A stretch of DNA of 64,000 nucleotides from Selaginella moellendorffii (lineage: Eukaryota; Plantae; Lycopodiophyta). The stretch is taken from assembly GCF_000143415.4 (NCBI RefSeq), contig NW_003314295.1:871038-935037 (forward strand). The letters are read 5' to 3'. Positions 25,495 through 37,437 of this stretch are shown one piece after another. The first letter of the stretch is position 1. Every line of letters starts with the position of its first letter. The notes beneath the pieces were generated by a model. The model was not told the origin of the DNA. It saw only the letters and a list, made by a program, of their open reading frames with translations, and ran no database searches. The translations under genes were made by a program, and so were the position numbers.

Positions 25495-26941
25495 TCAACG
25501 CGGAGCATAAACAGCAAGGGAGTCCTCCAGCCTCAGCCATTCCTCGGCCATCTGTCTCTTATAGTTACCCGACTGCGGCACAAACTCTGCGTGTCCAAAC
25601 CCAAGAAGATATCCTGCATAGGCCCCCGATCTCTCCAAACTCGAGACAACAATGCTCTTGTTGTCAATCCCTCCATGAAGGATACCCCGATCATGCATCG
25701 CTTGCAGTGCCTCTCTTGCGCCAGAAACAAGAGCTTGATATTGCTCGCTCGTCAAAGGTATGTCCAAGTCCCCCGTCCTAAAATCCGACATCATCGTGTA
25801 GAGAAACATCCCCCCGCCAAAGAAACCATACGAGTAGAGGTGTGGTATGCAGCGTCCCTGGTACTTGTGCAGTCTCTGGTAGACTTTAATCTCTGTGAGC
25901 GTGCTCTTGAGGTATGTTTCGAAATCACTTCGCCAGCAGGTTAGATCCATGATCTTCAAAGCCACGGTTTTGGCCCGGTACTTTGCCCGGACCACACTCG
26001 CGCTCTGTGACACAAGCCTGGTTACTTCCACTAGCTCGCGCTCGTCGATGCCACGTAGCATGGATTCAACCTTGTCAAGCCTGCCGAGTCCCATCTCCTT
26101 GCACGCTGCCATAAACCTGTGATTGAGCAAGCGAGTGCCATCGAACGAGAACGTCCTTGTGGGCGAGACGCCAGAAGATGGCGATGGCGAAAGCCTGCCT
26201 AGGTGCATGGCGTAGCCCAGAGCTAACAGTGATGTGGGATCATCCTTGGAAGCAACGTGAACTTTCAACCCGTCATCTATCCGAAAACAAAACGCTAAAT
26301 GCTCCGCAAAGGCCACCATTCCGATGGAGACCTGGTTTAGTACCATGTACACCCAGAGCCTTGCATACACAAGCTTGCTACTAGAAGACTCAATCCCATC
26401 CAATGTGATGACTCCCAGAAACATCATCTCGCGCCCTGCAAAACCGAAACCGAAGGATTTATTGCAAAGAGAGAACTTCAAGAACAAAGAACTTACTTTC
26501 GCTGATAGTGCACATTTCGGCCCTGCCGATCGTCGGCCCACGCGGACCACGCGGGAGCTCGTCGCAAAGGAAGGGTTTCATGGCCAATGCCAGTTCCCAA
26601 TGTGGATTCCCTGCAATCGGCGGATCGGCTGCCGCCCTCTTTCCAGGGGCAGGCAGAGAATCATCCCAGTGAAGCGATAACCACCTGTCAAAGAGCTGCC
26701 CAAAATCTTGCCAGGTTTCGAGCTGCAGATCCTCGGCTGGGCACAACTCGTCTAGGCGAGGGTAAGAAGAGGCGGCGGACGATGTCGAGGACCACTTGGA
26801 TAGAAGAACTCCATGTAGGTCGTGTAGATGGAGCTTTTGGGGTGGCGAGCGCGGTAGAACATCAGGCCAACCTGGAACTGGGTCTTCTCGGGGAGGAACC
26901 GGCCCACGCCGACGAAGTGGGAGTACCCTGCGCTCCTCCAT
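25495..26941 (-). CDS. Crinkler-like protein: degenerate restriction-endonuclease-fold domain plus pseudokinase, ~461 aa, 2 exons (26941-26497, 26435-25495)
   Basis: A 61-bp GTAAGT...TGCAG intron joins the two ORFs in frame; kinase-like motifs VALK, EIKVYQRLHKYQGRCIPHLY, HDRGILHGG, LLGFG. Confidence 0.7.
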
Positions 26942-27341
26942 CCTTGCCCTACAATTTAGACACGCAAGTTATCACCTGAAGTTCAGCTTCTCTTGTAGCA
27001 ACTTTCTCTTTCGTCGATGCTCCCTTGAATCATCCCGTTGCCACCGCCATGTCAGTGAGAGTTTCTTCGCGTCCTTGGTCGGATCGGTCCTGAACATGAT
27101 CATATGCTCCACGGGATCCACTCACCACTGCCGGACTCTTGCTACTGTTAAATCCTTAGCGGAGCGAACGAGCAATCCTGGAGCGCCGGCTGAAAACCAA
27201 TTTCCACTGCCTCTTCTGTGAGTGCATAATTTATGTCGAAGAATTTCAAGTTTAATAACTATTATTTCATCATTAAATAAAAAATGCAAATTAATATTAT
27301 CTAGAAAATAAGCTGGCTTAGCCGCTGTGCAAGTTTGTCGA

Positions 27342-29879
27342 TTAAACCACAAACTTGTGCACCTGGCCGTTCACTTCGATCCTGCTCATGCCACCAGCAC
27401 CTCCTCTCGCTGCTCCAGAGCATCGCTCCATCACTTCCTTTCTGATCCTCATCGCTTCCTTCCACTCCCCACTCGCGGCATGGATAGTGGCCAGAGCTAG
27501 CAAGTGCGAGGGATCGCCGGGAACCATGGCCAGGAGCTTCTTCGCCGCACGCTTCCCACGATCCAGATCCGAGTGAAGCTTGCAAGAGCTGAGCAGCGAC
27601 GTCCACATAACGTCGTTCGTTGCTGCGCAAGGCAGCCTGGAAAGGAGTTCCTCCGCCTCGGCCAGGCGTCCTGCTCGTCCGAGGAGATCGACCATGCAGC
27701 CGTAGTGAATCTCCTCGGCTGGGATCTGGTAGTCTTGCACCATGGAGACGAAGAACTGGCAGCCGTCGGCCACGAGACCGCCGTGGCTACATGCGGAGAG
27801 AACTCCCACAAACGTGACTTCGTCCGGCTTGACGCACTCCTCGAGCATCCTTCTGAACAGCCGGAGGCTCTCCTCAAAGGATCCATGCTGCGCGTAAGCT
27901 GTGATCAGGCAGTTCCACGAGACCACGTCTCGAGCAGCCAGTGACTCGAAGATCTCCCTCGCTTCTCGCAGGCTTCCGCAGCTTCCAAACATGCGGGCGA
28001 CGGCATTCCCGAGCACCAAATCTAGCTCGTGAGCTCCACTCTCCACGAACTGCTTGTAGACGAGCCTGCCTTGGGCCAGTCCCGAGACGTTGGAGCACGC
28101 ATCGAGCACGTTGATGAGCGTGACTTTGTCCGGAGCCACGCTCTCCAGCAGCATCACCTTGAAGATCTGGAGAGCTTCCCTGTCGTAGCCGTGCTCCGCG
28201 TAGACCGCGATCATCGTCGTCCACGAGACTGTGTCCCTCTCCTTCATCTTGTCAAACATCTTGCGAGCGTCCGCGACGTTGCCGCATTTCCCATACATGT
28301 GGACGATCGCGTTTCCGATGGACACCAAGCTCTCGTAGCCGTGCTTGATGATCTGAGCGTGTGCCAGCTTTCCATAAGCCAGTGCCAGAGGAGTTGCGCA
28401 CCCGTTGAGAATGCTCAAGAACACAACCTTGTCCGGCTTGAGCCCCTGGTCCTGCATTTGCTGGAAGAGCTCGAAGGCTTCCTTGTAATCCCCATGCCCA
28501 GCGTAGGCTGCTATCATCGCCGTCCAGAGAACCAAGTCGGGCTTCTCCACCCTGCTAAACACTTCTCGACCGGCCTCCAAGCACCGGCACTTGCTGTATA
28601 TGTACACGAGAGCAGTGGCGACCGCAAACTCCAGCTCCACTCCACTCTCGACGATCAACCCGTGGATCGCCCTGGTCTCCTTCAAGTCCCCGGCCACTGC
28701 CTCTGGCGAGCTCGTTGAGAAGGCGTTCACCGCAGCGCAGGCGTCGAGCATCGTCACAAAGCTAACCCGGTTGGGAGTGGTCCCGCCTTGCAGCATTCTC
28801 TTCGAGAGGACAAGAGCCTCGTCGTAGCAGCCATGCTCCACAAACGCGGCAATGAGAGCAGTCCAGGAGACGACGTTCTTCTCGTCCATGCCCGCGAAAG
28901 TTTTCCGAGCGTCCTCCAGGCTGCCACACTTGCTGTACATGTCGATGAGCGCGTTGCCGACCGAGAGCTCGCCGCTGTAGCCACTCTCCACGACCTGAGT
29001 GTGGATCTTCCTCCCTTCTTCGAGCCCCCGAGCTCCAGAAACCGCGCTGAGAATCGCTAGGAAAGTCACCTTGTTCGGAGTCAGCCCCTCTCCGTGCATG
29101 CGTCGAAAGAGCTCCAGAGCTTCCTCCCTGGAGTGGCCATCCTGAGCGTAGAGCGATATCATCCCATTCCAGGAGATAGCATCGTTCCGTGGAACCCCGT
29201 GAAAGATCTCACAAGCGCTCTCGAGAGCTCCACACTTCCCATACATGTTGACGAGAGCGTTGCTGATGACTATGTCACCCTGGAGTCCAGCCTCGGTGAT
29301 CCGGCTATGGATTCCAACTCCAGCCGCGAGCCTGGATGGATCCTGGCAAGCTCCAAGAGCAGCGATGAGCGCCACCCTGTCTGGAGCCACCCCCTGGAGC
29401 TGCATTCTCCGGAAGAAATCCAGCGCGTCACTGTTCTTCCCGAGCCCAGCGCACAAGGATATCATCCTCGTCCAAGAGATGACGTCCGCCGAGCCGCCAG
29501 AGATCTCCTGGAACACCGCCTTTGCCTCGTCGAAGCTCCCCGCCTTGGCATACATGCTGACAATCTGGTCGTGGAGAGGGCCGCCGCGAGCAATGCCGCT
29601 GCGCAGGATGTGAGCGTGGACGATCCGCCCCTGTGCCAAGTCCCCAGAATCGCAGCACGACTGGAGCAGGCGCGCGTAGGTCCTAGAATCCGGGACAGGG
29701 GCGCTGCTGGCGGCGTCGAGAGATTTGAGGAACTCACCGGGAGAGGGGGGGAGGGATTCTTCCTTGCCCGGCGCAGCACGCCGGTCGCGAGCGTCGTCGC
29801 CAATGCCGGTAGCTGCCGTGGAGAGGGATGATCCATGGATCGTTGTGCTGCTTCTCCTCCACCTCGTCGCGCATCGCAT
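27342..29879 (-). CDS. PLS-class pentatricopeptide repeat protein with E domain (organellar RNA-editing factor type), intronless, 845 aa
   Basis: Repeated NALVNMYGKCG / VVSWTALIAAF motifs; HYGCMVDLLGRAGRL...WTSLLSSC; no DYW domain. Confidence 0.95.
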   Translation of the reverse strand: MRCATRWRRSSTTIHGSSLSTAATGIGDDARDRRAAPGKEESLPPSPGEFLKSLDAASSAPVPDSRTYARLLQSCCDSGDLAQGRIVHAHILRSGIARGGPLHDQIVSMYAKAGSFDEAKAVFQEISGGSADVISWTRMISLCAGLGKNSDALDFFRRMQLQGVAPDRVALIAALGACQDPSRLAAGVGIHSRITEAGLQGDIVISNALVNMYGKCGALESACEIFHGVPRNDAISWNGMISLYAQDGHSREEALELFRRMHGEGLTPNKVTFLAILSAVSGARGLEEGRKIHTQVVESGYSGELSVGNALIDMYSKCGSLEDARKTFAGMDEKNVVSWTALIAAFVEHGCYDEALVLSKRMLQGGTTPNRVSFVTMLDACAAVNAFSTSSPEAVAGDLKETRAIHGLIVESGVELEFAVATALVYIYSKCRCLEAGREVFSRVEKPDLVLWTAMIAAYAGHGDYKEAFELFQQMQDQGLKPDKVVFLSILNGCATPLALAYGKLAHAQIIKHGYESLVSIGNAIVHMYGKCGNVADARKMFDKMKERDTVSWTTMIAVYAEHGYDREALQIFKVMLLESVAPDKVTLINVLDACSNVSGLAQGRLVYKQFVESGAHELDLVLGNAVARMFGSCGSLREAREIFESLAARDVVSWNCLITAYAQHGSFEESLRLFRRMLEECVKPDEVTFVGVLSACSHGGLVADGCQFFVSMVQDYQIPAEEIHYGCMVDLLGRAGRLAEAEELLSRLPCAATNDVMWTSLLSSCKLHSDLDRGKRAAKKLLAMVPGDPSHLLALATIHAASGEWKEAMRIRKEVMERCSGAARGGAGGMSRIEVNGQVHKFVV

Positions 29880-29977
29880 ACAAACATATAAACCCTAGGA
29901 ATAAGAGCAAGTAAAAAACTTCCATCACTTGGTTTTTTTACACTGCCATGAAATCACCCGTTAGCTTAGTTTTTTTT

Positions 29978-32900
29978 TCACTCCGGAAGCTCTAGCAGCT
30001 CAAAAACCTTCCTTTGGAAGCTCGGCTCTGCCGAGTTGAGAATCTGTCCCGCTAGGAGAAATATATCTTCGTCTTTCAAGCATCGCTTCATACGTTTCAA
30101 GACGCTCGCGGCTTTCTCGACTTTCTCGGCCACCACGTAAACTCGGAGTAATCTGGAGCAAAGCGAAGGGGCAAAGAATGTCAAAACCGAAGAGCCAACT
30201 TGCTTACCTGACGAGTGAGAAGCCATTCAGAGGTAAACCATCGGCCTCCATTTGCTCCACTATTTCGTCGGCGTAGTTCGCATCCTTCACTGCGACGCAG
30301 CCGTCCATTAGAGCTTCTAGAAAAATTCGTGACTGGGGGATGTTGAGCTTGAGCATGACTTTGCGCAACGCAAAGCCATCTTTCCAGCTCCAGGCGGACT
30401 CGCACGTCTTGTCTTCGCCATTGGCGATGTCGAGAATTATCTGCGATGGAATTATTCGTGTGAAAATTGAATAGCTCAACTGGAATTCATGGCGTTACCG
30501 AATCAAAGATGATGCTTGACTCAAACTCTTGTTCTTTTTGCAAAAACGTCTCCAAATGCCTGTCCTATACGAGTCAGATCGGAATAGCAGGAAATATATC
30601 ATGATAGCATACCCCAGTTCGTTGTGTATCACGCATGCCTTTGTGGCCACCATCAGTAGCCTGATTTTGTTTTCCTTCCTAAAACGATCGTTCTTTTTGG
30701 AGCCAGGGTCCATGGAGTGTTTGTCAACAAGTTCAAACATCCTGTCCAGCTTGCCTGCATATCCTAACGCTCTCTGCAAAGGCACCCACGCCGCTTAGCT
30801 AGCATCTTAGCATCCAAGAAAATACACTCACGACTAGACTGCCAACAGAGAACAAGTCTGGAGTCTTGCCATCACGTAAAATATCGTCGTAGCACGTAAG
30901 CGCCTCGTCCACGCGCTTTTCTTCAGCCAGTCCGTCAAGAAGAGTGCTCTTTGCATTTATCCCAATCCGGAAACTGACTTCAGGGTCTTTAAGCATCTGC
31001 ATAAACACGTGAAGGATACATACACCCTTGGAAAGGAAACTAATTACCTCAAGTGCTTTATCCAGTTCTCCGTCTCTTATCAATGAACTGAAAAGAGATG
31101 CATACACAGAATCCGTAGGCTTCACTCCCAGAGTTTTTAGCCTTTCGAACACCTGCGCCCATGAAAGCACTCAGTCACCAGAAACACAACAAGTGCCATT
31201 ATAGTGTTTCACCTCTAACGCTTTTCCTGAGTCCGGGCTGCAAGTAATCAGTTCTAGCATTGTTCCGGAATCTGGCTTCACACTATCGTTTTCCATGTCA
31301 TTCAGAACGGTAAGTGCTCGATGGTATTGTCTCTGCAAAAATTAACATGAAAAAGTTAAAATTTTGCTTTACGACTCTTCGTATTCACCGAAGCCCCCAA
31401 GGCCTGGATGACGGCGTTATATGTTTCTGATGTGCGTGGCAAGCGCAACTCCTTCATTTCACGTAGCGCACTAAACATCTTCTCAACCTACAGAAATAAA
31501 CAAGCCAATACGAATTACATAACCAGAAAGATAACCACTTACGTTGTTAGCTTTTGCAGACGCTCGAAGGAAATAATTGTAAGCCTCGTATGATGGCTGA
31601 ACATTCATTCTTTTCATTGCCGCAAACAGCTCAAAGACCTGAAGGAACAAAGAATAATAAGAAAAGAAAAAGCAGAACAAAAAAGCTAACCCCTTCAGGA
31701 TGCGAATCGTGTAGAAAAGCTATCATGAGGGGCTGAAAAACATCAGACCCCAGCTGCACACCCTTCTCGTGCATTTCCTGAATTAGATCCAGTGCTTGAT
31801 CGATCTACAAATCCTGCAATGTAAGTCTTATCCATAGTAAAGTCGAAAAGAACAACCCCACATGAAACTCACGTACTTGACTCGACCGGCAAGCGAGGTT
31901 GATAAGCATGCTGTAGGTGGTACTAGATGGCGTCACCTTGAAAGTGCGAGCCATTCGTCCGCATTGCTGAATTGCGACGTCCAACTACAGATGAGAAATA
32001 AAAAATAAAAAATAAAAACCTCGAGCTTACATCAGTTGCGATCTACCTTACTGGTTATAACGATGCCCTGCACAAACGAAGCCAGATACTCAGTCATTAG
32101 CTCCTCACCAACGCCTGTGAGAACAAGAATCATTCCATAATCAGTCTCTAGCTTCCAGAAAATTTCACAAACAACGTACCTAGTTTTTGCACGTCAGTGA
32201 AGTAACGCTCGGCATCAGCATACCTCCCCAGCCTCCCAAAGCTCTTGAAAAGGCTGGTGTAGCACGAGAGTCCATCGCCTTTGATCCACTCCAGAATCTC
32301 CTCAAACTCGGAAGTTTTATCGTTCTCGAGGAACCAAGTAACGAGCGGCTCGTAAGTGCTTCCATTCGGAGTGATCCCCTTTTCTCTCATCTCGTGGAGA
32401 TACTTGAGACTCTCCAGCATGCATTTCTCAGCCTCTTCCTCGCGTGATTCTTGCGACTCGGCAGCATCGAGAGAGCTGAGAGCTTTCCTGGCACGGCTGA
32501 CAAAATGTCGGATCATGGTCGTGTAAGCATCCACGGGTTCCACGCCAACTTTGAGCATCTGCTGGAACATCGGCTGGCCGATCATCGCTCCTCCCTTTTT
32601 GATCCACTGGGACATGAGATACAAGTACTGCGTCGGCTTCATGTCCACCACTTGCTTCCATCGCCGCTTCCTCAGCCTCTGGAGCGTGAGAGTTGCCGGA
32701 TTGTTGGTCTTGAGGTGGAGCTTCTGCAAATCGGTGGTCGCAAACTTTGGATTTCCTGGCTGCGTTTGGAGGAGCTTGGAAATTCCCTGGATCAGAGGGT
32801 GACTGCTGTCCGATGCTTGCGAGAGGAAGCAACTGCTGCTGCTGCTGCTATTGCTGTTCTGCCAGGACTCCAAAATTTGATCCTCGGCGCCTTTGATGCA

Positions 32901-33031
32901 TGCTAAGCAAAGCGCGAGTCGTCAAACAAGAATGCCGGTGGATCGATGGCGAGAGAGAGCATACCTGGGATGGAGGACGAAGAGAAGAGGCGCCTGGCAG
33001 TGGAATGCGAGGCGAGCGCCCTCCACCTCAT
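29978..33031 (-). CDS. P-class pentatricopeptide repeat protein (multi-exon), likely organelle-targeted
   Basis: N-terminus MRWRALASHSTARRLFSSSS; PPR-like exons (MREKGITPNGSTYEPL, VQPSYEAYNYFL, VKPTDSVYASL). Confidence 0.75.
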
Positions 33032-33056
33032 AAACCCTAAGTCTTAAGAACCCTAA

Positions 33057-34979
33057 ATGCTGTTGCTCACGACGAGAAGACGATTGATCTTCGCATTCGT
33101 TCGCTACTGCTGGTGCTCGGCATCGGCAGAAGTTCTCGGAAATCCTTCACGCAATGAAGAATCCCACCGGGTTCTCCGCCAAATCGGTGAATCCGGGAGC
33201 TTGGACGAGGCATGGGCGGCGATCGAGAGCCTGGAGAACCCTCCGGCGGCGCTGCTCTTCGACTCGATCACGGCATTTGCCCAGATCGGGGATTCTAGGT
33301 CGGCATTCCACCTCTTCCGCAGGATACTACTCCAGGGCGTGCCGCCGAGCTCCCACATCCTCGTCCCTCTCCTCAAGCTCTGCTCCACAGCGGTGTTCTT
33401 GGCGGTCGGGAGGACGATCCACGCCATGGTCGCCGAGCGCGGGCTCGATCGCGAGATCTTCGTGGGAAACACGATCATCACCATGTACAGGAAGTGTGGT
33501 ACCATGGCCGACGCGATCGACTACTTCCGGGCGATGCCCCAGCGCAACACAATTTCCTGGAACGCGATTGTCACGGCATTTGCCGAGAATGGGGATCGAG
33601 AGGAGGCGATGGATTCCTTCCACCGGATGCAGCACGAGGGCTTCTTGCCAAACCGGGTGACCTTCCTGGCGATGCTGGGATCGCTGAGTGGCAAGAATGC
33701 GCTGATCCAAGCCACGAGACTCCACGATCTTCTCCTCGCCAGTGGAATCGCGGTGGAGCCGAGCGTCGCCAACGCGATCCTCAACGCTTGCAGCAAGAAC
33801 GGTGGCCTGATTGCCGCGAGGAGAGCTTTCGATCGAACGCTCCACCGGGACATCATCACCTGGACGACGATGATCGACGCCTACTCCGAGAGTGGGATCT
33901 CCAGCGCCGCGTTCCAGCTCTTCCGGCTCATGCTCCACGACGGCCACCTCGTTCCGAACAAGATCACCTTCGTGGCGCTGCTCAAAGGCTGCTCGATCCT
34001 GCCCGAGGCTCGCTTCCTCGACGCGATCATCCGCGAGAGTGGCTACGAATCCAACTCCATCATCGCCAACAATCTCATCAAGGCCTTCTCGCGGTGTGGC
34101 AGCCCGGATCACGCTCGCGCGGCGTTCGAGCGAGTGATCTCCAAGGACACCATCCTCTGGACTGGACTGATCACCGCCTACGCGGAGCACGGCCTCCACG
34201 ACGAAGCTCTCCGGCTCTACGCGCTCATGGAAAGCGAGGGGCTCGCCCCGGACAGGATCACTTACACGACCATCCTCGACGTTTGCGCGAGGTCCACCGC
34301 CATCGCCGAGGGGAAGCTCGTCCACGCCGCCATCGCCAAGAGCGGCATCGAGCTCGACACCGCGCTGGAGAACTCCATCCTCAACATGTATGGCAAGTGT
34401 GGAAAGATGGCGGAGACACGGGAGTTCTTCGCCAGCATCCGCCACCCGGACTTGCTCTCCTGGTCGATCTACATCTCGTCTCACGCTCACCACGGTCACG
34501 GGCGACGAGCTCTGGAGCTCTTCCGCGAGATGGTCCACGCCGGAGTAGAGGCCGACTACTCGGCCTTCGTCAACATCCTCTCGGCTTGCCGGCACGCCGG
34601 TTTGGTGAGCGAAGGCTGCGAGATCTTCCACCGGATGGTGGCCGACTGTGGATTCGCCGCTCGCTCCGAGCAGTACTGCTGCCTGGTGGATCTCCTGGGA
34701 CGATCCGGACGACTCGACTTGGCGGAGGAAGTTCTTCGCGGCATGCCTTTCCGTCCGGGGCAAGTAATGTGGAAGGCATTTTTGAGTGCGTGCAAGCAAC
34801 AGGGAGACTTGGCGCGAGCAAAGCTTGCTGCGGACAAAGTTTTGGAGATTGATCCGGGCAGCACCTCGGCGTTTGTGGTGCTGTCCAATACACTCAAGGA
34901 GGAGCCCGGCGGTGTCACGCAAGAGCAAGAGATGGCTTGCACGGTGGTGGAAGAAAGCTTGGAGCTCGAGCAAAGTTAA
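33057..34979 (+). CDS. PLS-class PPR protein with short E domain, intronless, 640 aa
   Basis: PLS repeats, YCCLVDLLGRSGRL, WKAFLSAC. Confidence 0.93.
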   Translation: MLLLTTRRRLIFAFVRYCWCSASAEVLGNPSRNEESHRVLRQIGESGSLDEAWAAIESLENPPAALLFDSITAFAQIGDSRSAFHLFRRILLQGVPPSSHILVPLLKLCSTAVFLAVGRTIHAMVAERGLDREIFVGNTIITMYRKCGTMADAIDYFRAMPQRNTISWNAIVTAFAENGDREEAMDSFHRMQHEGFLPNRVTFLAMLGSLSGKNALIQATRLHDLLLASGIAVEPSVANAILNACSKNGGLIAARRAFDRTLHRDIITWTTMIDAYSESGISSAAFQLFRLMLHDGHLVPNKITFVALLKGCSILPEARFLDAIIRESGYESNSIIANNLIKAFSRCGSPDHARAAFERVISKDTILWTGLITAYAEHGLHDEALRLYALMESEGLAPDRITYTTILDVCARSTAIAEGKLVHAAIAKSGIELDTALENSILNMYGKCGKMAETREFFASIRHPDLLSWSIYISSHAHHGHGRRALELFREMVHAGVEADYSAFVNILSACRHAGLVSEGCEIFHRMVADCGFAARSEQYCCLVDLLGRSGRLDLAEEVLRGMPFRPGQVMWKAFLSACKQQGDLARAKLAADKVLEIDPGSTSAFVVLSNTLKEEPGGVTQEQEMACTVVEESLELEQS

Positions 34980-35132
34980 GTGGTGGCCAAGAAAAAAAAG
35001 AAGTACAAGGGAATGCGATGCGTTATAACTTGCGCGCTACGTGGCGGAAGGGCCCTGGCCGGGAATCGCTTCTTTAGCGGGGCAGCACAAATTTAGCTCG
35101 AGCGCTGGTGGTTTTAGACGCTGGAGGGAGCG

Positions 35133-36060
35133 ATGGCGGAGGCAAAGATCGGGCAGAGTACGTTCTTCTTTCCCTCTCGAGCGAGCATCACCATGCTAGC
35201 TCGCTTGATCGTCCTCGTGCTGCTGGTCTTAGCTCTTGGCGCAGGCTCCTCGTCTCATGGAGAAGGCAGTCACGCCGAGATGACTCCACTGCAGAAGCAC
35301 GTCGCGTTTTTCGATCGAAATGGCGATGGTATCGTTTATCCGTGGGAGACGTACACAGGTTTGTGGCTCCATTTTTCTTCTTCGCTCTCTTGAGATCGAG
35401 GTGAGCTTATGACAGGATTTCGAGCTCTGGGATTTAACGTCCCCACCTCGTTTTTCGCCATGGTTGCTATCAACGGTGCTTTGAGCTATCCAACTCTTGA
35501 GGTCCGTGAAAACTTGGGTTTCTTTCTACTCTTGTTTGATATTGACTTGTGCTTGTTCTAGAGCTGGATTCCCTCTCCAAGATTTCCCATCTATGTGAAG
35601 AACATCCACCGAGCAAAGCATGGAAGTGACACGGGAGTTTATGACCATGAAGGCAGGTTAGTGTTTTGGAGATTCTTTCTTCCTTATCATCGCTTTTCTA
35701 ATTTTTATTTTCTTTTCACATCAGGTTCGTCCCTGCTCACTTTGAACAGCTCTTTGCAAAATTTGCAGGAACGCACCAGGATAAATTGTCTCTCAAGGAG
35801 ATCATGGCTATGACTCGGAGCAATCGTGATGCTCTTGATTTTTTTGGATGGTATGCAAGGTTAACATTTCCAAAACATGGTTCATGAGAATGCCTGTTTT
35901 GATTCTTAGGTCTGCAGCAAAGCTAGAATGGGGTGCTGCCTTCCAATTGGTGAAGGATGAAAACGGATATGCTTCTAAACAGTCTATCAAGGGAATTTAT
36001 GATGGCAGTTTGTTTTATGATGTTGAAATACATTTGAAAACCAAAAGAAATAAAATTTGA
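35133..36060 (+). CDS. Caleosin/peroxygenase (multi-exon; alternative start at 35193)
   Basis: [24 protein letters not shown]-hand, [22 protein letters not shown]. Confidence 0.92.
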
Positions 36061-37104
36061 AATGAAACTTTTTATTATAAATGCTAAATACAATAAAAGG
36101 TTATTAGATTTCTTTTTCAAAAAGCTAAATGTAATATTTATTATATTTTTATTTATAAGATAAGAAATAAGCGAGAAAACTGATATAATAGAAAATGTTA
36201 TAATTGAAAATTATGCATTCAGAAAACAATACTATCCACTTTTAGTACTAATAAGATGTGCTATAGCTAGTAAATTTTTCTTTAAAAAACTTTTTATTAC
36301 ATTTATTTCTAGTTCTAAATGCTTATACTATTATTAGATTTCCATTTAAAAGAATTGTGTTATAAAATATAGAAATCAAATATGATGGTAGGTTTTGTAG
36401 AGTTGGAGAGATCTACTTAGATGAGCATATCAATTTAAAATACATATTTTCTTGAATTGTTTAATCATATATATGTGACTTACAAAACAATATTTAGACA
36501 TAACCTTTTTGTCAAGGTATATAGATATGCCATTACCAAGTTTGTTAGTTGGGTTTTTCATATTTATCCTCTAAAAAACCATAGAGTCTAGTTTTGACAT
36601 GCTTGAAACCAGGAAAGACTATAAGGTGTGGTGATGAAGGAGGGATCAATAGAACTAGATTTTGGTTTTGTGCAATTTAGATCAATGAAATTAAAGTCTG
36701 ATTCTATGCAGACTAGAAGTCTGATTCAGACTAGAAGTCTGGAATAGATTTGGGTCAAAATCTATTCCACTCACTCCACAAGCATATACTCCTAGTCTTT
36801 AATGGTTGTGAATTTTGTGCCTTATTTATGGTCTCTAACTTCATCTCTCCCATGTGATTGTGCATACCAATGTGAGGGACTTGAGTCAATCATGAAATCA
36901 GTAGAGGTACATTGCCCTCGCTTGATATCCATTCATATAGTGTCTATAGTTTCCTAGAGATATAAAAAACCTTGAAGATGTACAATTTTGAATCCCACAG
37001 TGTAGTGAACTGAGAAGGAGTGCATAATCTTTAGTAATAGTGACATTGCTTGCTGTGTGAAAGTCCTTTCCTTGCTACTATATGACTGATCCCTTCAATT
37101 GGGA

Positions 37105-37330
37105 TGTAAACAATTAAAAAGAATGACTCGAAAGATGGTCTATAAAGGGCTTATGAATAAGAATGCACCCCTTTTTTTAATTGATTAAGGGTCTTGGAAT
37201 ACTTAAGGTTAAGTGTATTTAAATTGAATAGTATTATGCTAAATAACCTCCTGAGAAGTTTTAATTCAAGAGCTTACATTGAGTTTGACTCTATTGATTA
37301 GCTAGGGGAATCATACCATATGTTAAAATT
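37105..37330 (+). mobile_element. Highly decayed TRIM fragment (family of 52768-53354)
   Basis: AAGGGCTTATGAATAAGAATGCACCCC...GAGCTTACA matches the TRIM LTR. Confidence 0.65.
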
Positions 37331-37437
37331 GATATCTGGACATGCCAATTTATCATCTAAAATCACAACCAAAGGTGAACAACTCTTCATAAATCTAGTT
37401 GAAGTTGGAATCATGACTAAAGGTGAGCCAATCCTCT

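Noticed and set aside
26950-27110. Upstream coding exon for the pseudokinase via a 27-nt GT-AG intron
   Set aside because: Intron much shorter than others here; needs RNA evidence.
33327-34973. 548-aa antisense and 452-aa alternative-frame ORFs over the PPR gene
   Set aside because: Shadow ORFs typical of GC-rich coding sequence; no motifs.
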